Source: Treponemataceae bacterium (GTDB lineage Bacteria; Spirochaetota; Spirochaetia; Treponematales; Rectinemataceae). From it: a stretch of DNA of 64,000 nucleotides. Each line of letters begins with the position of its first letter. The first letter of the stretch is position 1. The stretch spans positions 608,001 through 672,000 of the forward strand of contig CAXXHO010000003.1 in the NCBI GenBank assembly GCA_963667725.2, in the 5' to 3' direction. The translations under genes were made by a program, and so were the position numbers. Positions 58,358 to 64,000 of this stretch are shown piece after piece. The notes under the pieces were generated by a model that was not told the DNA's origin, did not search any database, and saw only the letters and a program-made list of their open reading frames with translations.

Positions 58358-58449
58358 ATATTTCTTCAATAAACGCTGTTTTAGGTGTAAAGCAGGATGG
58401 TTCTTCCTATCAGCAATCTAAATATTTTGCCATAAAAGGAGTTTATAGT

Positions 58450-59178
58450 ATGGAAAACACTGTAGAAACAAAAATCGAAGCTATGCCCCGCATCGGCGAG
58501 AGGGCGCCCTCTTTCACCGCGGTCACCACACAGGGCGAGATCAAGTTTCCCGAGCAGTATGAGGGAAATTGGGTGATCCTTTTCAGCCATCCGGCCGATT
58601 TCACCCCTGTCTGTACCTCGGAATTCATGACCTTCGCCACGCTCGAGCCGAAATTCGACGAACTTGGCTGCAAGCTCGTCGGCCTCTCTGTCGACGGCCT
58701 CTACAGCCACATAGCGTGGCTGAGAACCATCAAGGAAAAAATTGACTACAAGGGCATGAAGAACGTCGAGGTAAAGTTTCCTCTCATCGAGGACATCAGC
58801 ATGGAGGTGGCGAAGAAATACGGCATGATCCAGCCGGGGGAGGCGACTACGAAGGCTGTTCGGGCTGTCTTCGTCATCGATCCCAAGGGAATCATCAGGA
58901 CAATCATCTATTACCCGCTCTCGCTTGGAAGAAATTTCGACGAGCTCATCCGTGTCGTCCAGGCTTTGAAGACCGCCGATGCTTTCGGCGTGGCCACCCC
59001 CGCCGACTGGCGCCCGGGCGACGATGCCATCGTGCCGACAGCCGGATCCTGCGGCGTCGCCAAGGACAGGATGGAAGGAAAGCAGGAGGGAGTGACTTGC
59101 CATGACTGGTTCTTCTGCACGAAGAAGCTCGAGAAGGCCGCCGTGCTCTCCGCTATAGGAAAAGGTTATAAGAAGTAA
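58450..59178 (+). CDS. Peroxiredoxin (Prx6/TDXH type)
   Basis: FSHPADFTPVCTSEF, GRNFDE, TPADW and DWFFC motifs; AAGGAG RBS. Confidence 0.93.
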   Translation: MENTVETKIEAMPRIGERAPSFTAVTTQGEIKFPEQYEGNWVILFSHPADFTPVCTSEFMTFATLEPKFDELGCKLVGLSVDGLYSHIAWLRTIKEKIDYKGMKNVEVKFPLIEDISMEVAKKYGMIQPGEATTKAVRAVFVIDPKGIIRTIIYYPLSLGRNFDELIRVVQALKTADAFGVATPADWRPGDDAIVPTAGSCGVAKDRMEGKQEGVTCHDWFFCTKKLEKAAVLSAIGKGYKK

Positions 59179-59296
59179 AGAGATCGTCACCCTAGGCTGT
59201 TGATTGTGCATCGGGATTGACGCAACCTAGGTGTTTTATTCATGACAAAAGCTCTATCTGCTTGACTAATTTGTCAATTATCTTCATTATGAGCTT

Positions 59297-60115
59297 ATGA
59301 CAATAACATCACTCATGGATGACTATTGCCCGAAACGCGGCTTTCGTGGAGAACATGGACTGTCGCTCTATATGGAAACGGCTGACATGAAGCTGCTTCT
59401 CGATACGGGGCAAACCGATGCCTTTGTTTCCAACGCACAAGCCTTGGGGATCGACTTTTCTTCCTTGGACGCTGTCGTCCTGAGCCATGGTCACTATGAT
59501 CATGGGGGAGGGCTCAAAGCCCTCTACGAAAGGCTTGCCGCAACCCCTCCGCCTCTTTTTGCCGGCAGAGGCTTCAATGCGCCACGGCGAGCCAGAAATG
59601 GAGACAGACTGACGGACATTGGTCTTCCGTCAGTGTTTCTGCCTGAACATTCGCCAGCCCCTATACTTCTCGATACATCGGAAAAGTTGGGAAGTAGTAC
59701 CTATATTCTTACGTGCGTGGAAAAGATAGATGGGAGTGAGGTTTCTCCCCGTTTTCGGGTTATTCAAGGAGGGGGCGAAACGCTTGACAGTTTTAATGAT
59801 GAGCTTTCTCTTGTTTTTAATGAAAGTGATGGAATCGTGATCGTGACAGGCTGCGCCCATAGGGGAATTTTAAACATTGCCCACGCGGCCATCCGGGCTT
59901 TTCCCGGCAAGGTGATCAAGGCACTTGTCGGAGGTTTTCATCTCGTGGATATATCTGATGAAGAGCTTGTTGAAATCGCGAAGTCGATTGCTTCCCTTGA
60001 GCCTCAAGCGGTTTTTTGCGCGCATTGTACTGGCCCCAGGGGCTTTTCGGCGCTTCTGAATAGTCTGCCCGGCAAAGTCGCGTGGCTCTCGTGCGGCATG
60101 AGCATTTCTATCTGA
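59297..60115 (+). CDS. MBL-fold metallo-hydrolase (COG1237-like)
   Basis: EHGLS, LDTG, LSHGHYDHGGG, GCAHRG, GGFHL and HCTG motifs. Confidence 0.88.
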   Translation: MTITSLMDDYCPKRGFRGEHGLSLYMETADMKLLLDTGQTDAFVSNAQALGIDFSSLDAVVLSHGHYDHGGGLKALYERLAATPPPLFAGRGFNAPRRARNGDRLTDIGLPSVFLPEHSPAPILLDTSEKLGSSTYILTCVEKIDGSEVSPRFRVIQGGGETLDSFNDELSLVFNESDGIVIVTGCAHRGILNIAHAAIRAFPGKVIKALVGGFHLVDISDEELVEIAKSIASLEPQAVFCAHCTGPRGFSALLNSLPGKVAWLSCGMSISI

Positions 60116-60129
60116 CAAGGAGTAATTAT

Positions 60130-60948
60130 ATGGAATTGGTTCCGGAAAAAAAAGCGAACCCGAGGATCAAGCGAGTGATTGGCGTCATCAGCGGCAAGGG
60201 CGGGGTCGGCAAATCCACGGTAGCCGTATTGCTCGCCGAGTCGCTCGCGGCGCAGGGCCGAAGCGTCGGAGTCCTCGACGCGGATATTACAGGGCCCAGT
60301 CTTCCCAGGCTTCTGGGCGTCGACTCGTTCAGGGCCGAATCTGACGAGCATCTGCTGTATCCAATCATCAATGAAGAGGGCATCAAAGTGCTCTCGATCA
60401 ACCTTTTCAATGAACATGAGGATGAACCCGTCATCTGGAGGGGCCCTCTTCTCGCAAAAGCCCTCCAGCAGTTTTGGGAGGATACCGATTGGGGTGACCT
60501 GGATTATCTTATCGTCGATTTTCCTCCGGGAACTTCCGATATTGCGCTTACCGCATTTCAGACTATACCTTTCGCCGGGATCGTTGTCGTAGGAACGCCG
60601 CAGGACTATGTATCGATGATCGTGACAAAATCCATCAAGATGGCTACCATGATGAAGGCTCCTGTCCTCGGGATCATCGAGAACATGAGGACAATGATCT
60701 GTCCTTCCTGCGGCGAAGAGGTCACTCTTTTTGATGATGGAAGTTCGGTTGGCGGGAATCACTTTGGACTTCCCCTCATCGCGAGTCTTCCCTGGAGAAA
60801 AGAAGTGGCGCAGGCGCGTTCGATACGCTGGACCGACCTTCCGGAAGCGGCACGGAAAGAGGCCGACAGAATGGCCGTCGAGATGGAATTGGCACTCTCG
60901 AGCCATGCCTCGAATCCCGCAAAGGCTGTGGAGCACAAAGCAGTCTAG
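60130..60948 (+). CDS. Mrp/NBP35 (ApbC) Fe-S carrier ATPase
   Basis: SGKGGVGKST, DADITGPS, VIWRGP, DFPPGT and ENM…CPSC motifs. Confidence 0.92.
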   Translation: MELVPEKKANPRIKRVIGVISGKGGVGKSTVAVLLAESLAAQGRSVGVLDADITGPSLPRLLGVDSFRAESDEHLLYPIINEEGIKVLSINLFNEHEDEPVIWRGPLLAKALQQFWEDTDWGDLDYLIVDFPPGTSDIALTAFQTIPFAGIVVVGTPQDYVSMIVTKSIKMATMMKAPVLGIIENMRTMICPSCGEEVTLFDDGSSVGGNHFGLPLIASLPWRKEVAQARSIRWTDLPEAARKEADRMAVEMELALSSHASNPAKAVEHKAV

Positions 60949-60957
60949 GAGGCTCTA

Positions 60958-61632
60958 ATGCCACGACCGATAAGCGAGCGCCGTCTGGGCGCTCCCATAG
61001 CGCCGAGGGTCATGAAACCGGCGGGAATTCCCGCGCGAGTACTTGAGGAGGTGCTGCTTGGTTTCGATGAGGCCGAGGCATTGAGACTTGCCGACCTGGA
61101 AGGTTTATACCAGGAGGCCGCAGCGCGTTCCATGGGCGTATCGCGGCAGACATTCGGCCGGATTGTGGAAATTGCAAGGCACAAGGTCGCCGACGCGATA
61201 TTGAACGGAAAAGCCCTGCGGATTGAAGGGGGCGAGATTGTCATACGAGAGCAAGGAGAAACTGTCATGAAAATAGCGGTACCATCACTGGACGGTCTTG
61301 TGGATGAGCATTTCGGCCACTGTAAGGAATTTTTAATTTTCCGTGTTGAGAAGGATTCGCTCATCGAAGAACAGCCTATACCATCTCTTGCGGGTTGCGG
61401 ATGCAAATCAGGCGTGGCTTCAGTCCTCGCGAAATCGGGGGTCACCCACCTCGTGGCGGGCAATATGGGTGAGGGAGCCGTCCGCGTTTTAGGCTCTCAG
61501 GGAATCGTCGTGGTGCGCGGAGCTTCGGGCTCGGCCAAGGCGGCCGCCGAGGCTTTCGCGAAGGGTGCTCTCGCCGATTCAGGTGTCGGCTGTGCCGGAC
61601 ATGGCGGAGAAGGGCACGACTGTTCACATTGA
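60958..61632 (+). CDS. DUF134 (UPF0251) helix-turn-helix protein fused to a NifB/NifX domain
   Basis: MPRP…EALRLADLEGLYQEAAA.SMGVSRQTF…ARHKVADA, then MKIAVP…HFGHC…GCGCKS…GNMG. Confidence 0.87.
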   Translation: MPRPISERRLGAPIAPRVMKPAGIPARVLEEVLLGFDEAEALRLADLEGLYQEAAARSMGVSRQTFGRIVEIARHKVADAILNGKALRIEGGEIVIREQGETVMKIAVPSLDGLVDEHFGHCKEFLIFRVEKDSLIEEQPIPSLAGCGCKSGVASVLAKSGVTHLVAGNMGEGAVRVLGSQGIVVVRGASGSAKAAAEAFAKGALADSGVGCAGHGGEGHDCSH

Positions 61633-61646
61633 TTTTTCGATTCATG

Positions 61647-61683
61647 AAAAAAGCGGTCATCGGAAATCGATGACCGCTTTTTT
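61647..61683. terminator. Bidirectional intrinsic terminator
   Basis: AAAAAAGCGGTCATCG-GAAAT-CGATGACCGCTTTTTT between convergent genes. Confidence 0.85.
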
Positions 61684-61700
61684 ATGTCTATGCCGCCGCT

Positions 61701-62861
61701 TTACGAGAGCCGCGCGCCCACCGCTTTCGCGGCGCTTTTTATGTCCTTGAGACCCGATCCTGTGAGCATGACGACAACGGTCTCCTCGCGGGGGATCGTC
61801 GACAGGACTTTCAGGTAGGAGGCGAAGGCGCAGGCGCTCGAGGGTTCCGCGAAGAGGCCGGACATGGAGGAGAGCCGGCGCTGGGCGACGAGGATTTCCT
61901 CGTCGGTGACGGTTACGCCCTTGCCGCCGTACTTCCTCAATTTGGCGAGGACGAAGCCGCCGTTGCGCGGCACATCGACGGAGATCGAGTCGGCGAGGGT
62001 ATCGGAGGGGCGCTCATCGAAGCCGCCCGTCGCGAGGGCGCGCGCGATGGCGCTGGAGCCTTCGGCCTGGGCTGCCCAGAAGGTCGGCATTTTAGAGGTG
62101 AGGCCGAGCCTGAGGAGGTCTTCGAAGCCCTTGATGATACCGGCCAGGATGACGCCGTCGCCGGTGGGCACGAAGACGTGATCGGGAGCGGTTCCCAGGT
62201 CCCGGGCGATCTCGAAGCTGGCCGTCTTTTTGCCTTCGATGGTGAGGGGATTGTAGGCGGTGTTACGCGAGAGGACGCCGGTGGCCGCCGAATAGGCGAG
62301 GGATTCGTCGAAGGCCTGGTCGTAGGTGCCCTGGATCTCGCGAAGCTCGGCGCCGTACTGGAGGACCTGAACGCGCTTGGCCGCCGGCGCGGAGGCCGGC
62401 AGGAAGACGGTGATTTTGAGGCCGGCGGCCGCTCCCACGCAGGCCATGCTCGAGGCGGCGTTGCCGGTTGAAGCGAGGGCGATTTCCTTGAGCCCGAACT
62501 TGCGCGCGAAGGCCGCCACGAGCCAGCTCGCCCTGTCCTTATAAGAGCCCGAGGGGTTGCAGGTGTCGTCCTTGAGGTAAAGGTTGGGCGCGTCCAGGGC
62601 TTCGCGCAAGCGCTCAGGCTCCCATAGCGGCGTGTCCCCCACGGGCAGCGGCGGGAAAAATTCTTTCTCGATGGGGAGCGGAACGCTTCCGGCCTCCGCG
62701 ATCCTGAGCGCCTCGCCTTCGTCTTCCTCCCAGGCGCATTCGAGGACGCCTTCCAGGGGAATGCCCGGCTTGTTTTTCCTGCCGCATTCATCGCAGAGGT
62801 AGCGTCCGGGCTCGATCGGGTAGGTGGCGCCGCAGGAGGGGCAGCGGTAGAGCCATCTCAT
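61701..62861 (-). CDS. Threonine-synthase-like PLP enzyme with N-terminal zinc ribbon
   Basis: CPSC..CDEC, NPSGSYKDR, ASTGNA, EGKKT, PTGDG and TGSGLKD motifs; ATGA overlap with the ygeY stop. Confidence 0.85.
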   Translation of the reverse strand: MRWLYRCPSCGATYPIEPGRYLCDECGRKNKPGIPLEGVLECAWEEDEGEALRIAEAGSVPLPIEKEFFPPLPVGDTPLWEPERLREALDAPNLYLKDDTCNPSGSYKDRASWLVAAFARKFGLKEIALASTGNAASSMACVGAAAGLKITVFLPASAPAAKRVQVLQYGAELREIQGTYDQAFDESLAYSAATGVLSRNTAYNPLTIEGKKTASFEIARDLGTAPDHVFVPTGDGVILAGIIKGFEDLLRLGLTSKMPTFWAAQAEGSSAIARALATGGFDERPSDTLADSISVDVPRNGGFVLAKLRKYGGKGVTVTDEEILVAQRRLSSMSGLFAEPSSACAFASYLKVLSTIPREETVVVMLTGSGLKDIKSAAKAVGARLS

Positions 62862-64000
62862 GCGCGTTTCTCCAGCCTGCCGGGAAGGGCGGCGTAGAAG
62901 GCGGCGCAGATCTCGAGGTCGTCGATCCTGTTGATTTCGTTCGGCGCGTGGGCCTGGCTCTCGTCGCCGGGGCCGAAGCCTATGCAGGGGATCTGGTGAC
63001 GGCCACATATGGCGACGCAGTTCGTCGAAAAGGTCCATTTATCCACGACGGGAGGTTTACCGAAAAGGTCGCCGTAGGCTTCCACGCCCGAGCGGACGAG
63101 GGGATGATCGGCCTTGATTTTCCAGGTGGGGAAATAGAGTTCCTGTCTGTAGAGGGTTCCTGTGTATGCCGGCTGGGCGTATTCGGGCATTTTTACCGTG
63201 AAGTTGTTCACGCCAGCTTCCGTCAGGGCTTTTTCGACCTGGGCGATGGCGATCGCGTCGTTTTCGCCCCAGGTGAGGCGGCGGTCGCAGTAGAGCATAG
63301 CCTGGTCGGGTACGGCGCACTGGCTCGGTCCCTGTACCTTGATTTGCGATACCGTGATGGTGCCCTTGCCAAGGAATCCATCGTCGTCCGGTTTCAGCTC
63401 GGTGTTGAGCTTCTCGATGGCGAGGGCGGCGCGCGCCGCCTTGTAGGCAGCCGAATCGCCGCGCTCGGGCGCCGAGCCGTGGCAGGAGACGCCTTTGATG
63501 TCGATCTGGATTTCCATGCGTCCGCGGTGGCCGCGGTAGAGCCTGCAGGAGGTGGGTTCGGTGGAGACGGCGAAATCGGGGACGAATTTCTCTTCCTCGA
63601 TGAGGTATTTCCAGCAGAGCCCGTCGCAGTCTTCCTCGATGACGGTGAAGGCGAACCAGACGGTGAAGTCGCCGTCGTAGGCCAGTTCCTTCAGGATACG
63701 CGCCGCGGTGATCATGGAGGCGGCGCCTCCTAGCTGGTCGGAGGAGCCGCGTCCGTAGACGAGGCCGTCTTTGATAATTCCAGAGTGGGGCTGGGTTTTC
63801 CACTGGGCGGGGTCGCCGACGCCGACCGTGTCGATGTGGGCGTCGAAAACGAGCTTTTTTTTGCCTTTGCCGACGCGCCCGAGCAGAGAGCCGAGGCCGT
63901 CGATGTGGATATCTTCCATGCCCGCTTCGGCGCAGAGTTTCTTAAGCAGCAGGACGCGGTCTTTTTCAGTCGTGCTGAAGCCCGGCACCTTGATCATTTC
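62858..64000 (-). CDS. ygeY: YgeY-family M20 metallohydrolase (5' end outside window)
   Basis: FDAHIDTV, GRGSSDQ, EEDCDGLCW, YRGHRGRME, KWTFSTN and AHAPNE motifs. Confidence 0.9.
   Translation of the reverse strand, partial: EMIKVPGFSTTEKDRVLLLKKLCAEAGMEDIHIDGLGSLLGRVGKGKKKLVFDAHIDTVGVGDPAQWKTQPHSGIIKDGLVYGRGSSDQLGGAASMITAARILKELAYDGDFTVWFAFTVIEEDCDGLCWKYLIEEEKFVPDFAVSTEPTSCRLYRGHRGRMEIQIDIKGVSCHGSAPERGDSAAYKAARAALAIEKLNTELKPDDDGFLGKGTITVSQIKVQGPSQCAVPDQAMLYCDRRLTWGENDAIAIAQVEKALTEAGVNNFTVKMPEYAQPAYTGTLYRQELYFPTWKIKADHPLVRSGVEAYGDLFGKPPVVDKWTFSTNCVAICGRHQIPCIGFGPGDESQAHAPNEINRIDDLEICAAFYAALPGRLEKRA

Larger units (their letters stand above)
51640..61690. other. Lower-GC inserted island (Fe-S/NifX/MinD/redox genes) splitting the purine-degradation cluster
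   Basis: Visibly more AT-rich sequence and codon usage, mixed gene orientation, and same-strand purine-catabolism genes on both flanks. Boundaries are approximate and no mobility gene was seen. Confidence 0.6.

Noticed and set aside
51640..61690. Nitrogen-fixation cluster or classical mobile element
   Set aside because: No nifHDK/EN, transposase, integrase, tRNA attachment site or direct repeats seen at the boundaries.
40594..64000. Selenocysteine (UGA) read-through in xdhD, ygeY or island redox genes
   Set aside because: The ORFs are full length without internal TGA at catalytic positions, and the CDR fragment ends by sequence replacement, not at a UGA.
1..64000. CRISPR arrays, tRNA and rRNA genes
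   Set aside because: No regularly spaced repeats or recognisable tRNA/rRNA sequence. The carA leader cloverleaf lacks T-loop and D-loop consensus and a CCA end.

Overview
GC-rich chromosomal window from an anaerobic bacterium, probably a free-living spirochaete (inferred from gene style and the JAB-DinG fusion; not proven). In order it holds: a partial JAB-DinG helicase, a large outer-membrane HExxH protein, xth, a rhomboid, kbl and fmdB. Next is an uncharacterised, translationally coupled operon (ATP-grasp ligase, B12-binding protein, opine dehydrogenase, membrane protein) flanked by an Asp/Glu racemase and a DAACS transporter. Then come argGH-mocA-ybaK, carAB, osmC, a heterodimeric ABC exporter, an Fe-chelate/corrinoid-type ABC importer and a complete fructosamine (frl) operon. 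The right third is an anaerobic purine/urate degradation cluster (ygeY, two PLP enzymes, amidohydrolase, ygfM-xdhD, TRAP, ygeW) split by a ~10 kb lower-GC Fe-S/NifX/MinD/peroxiredoxin island. The best candidates for novel biology are: (1) the ATP-grasp/B12/opine-dehydrogenase operon; (2) an apparently leaderless Arg-rich uORF (…RLEARLRRR*) at the predicted argG +1; (3) a multi-stem switch-like RNA in the carA leader; (4) an 18-bp palindromic operator overlapping five island promoters, with a DUF134-NifX fusion as candidate regulator; (5) a 14-bp inverted repeat at the truncation point of a CoA-disulfide-reductase-like gene. No rRNA, tRNA, CRISPR array, transposase or integrase was recognised. 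All calls come from reading motifs by eye; no database searches were run.
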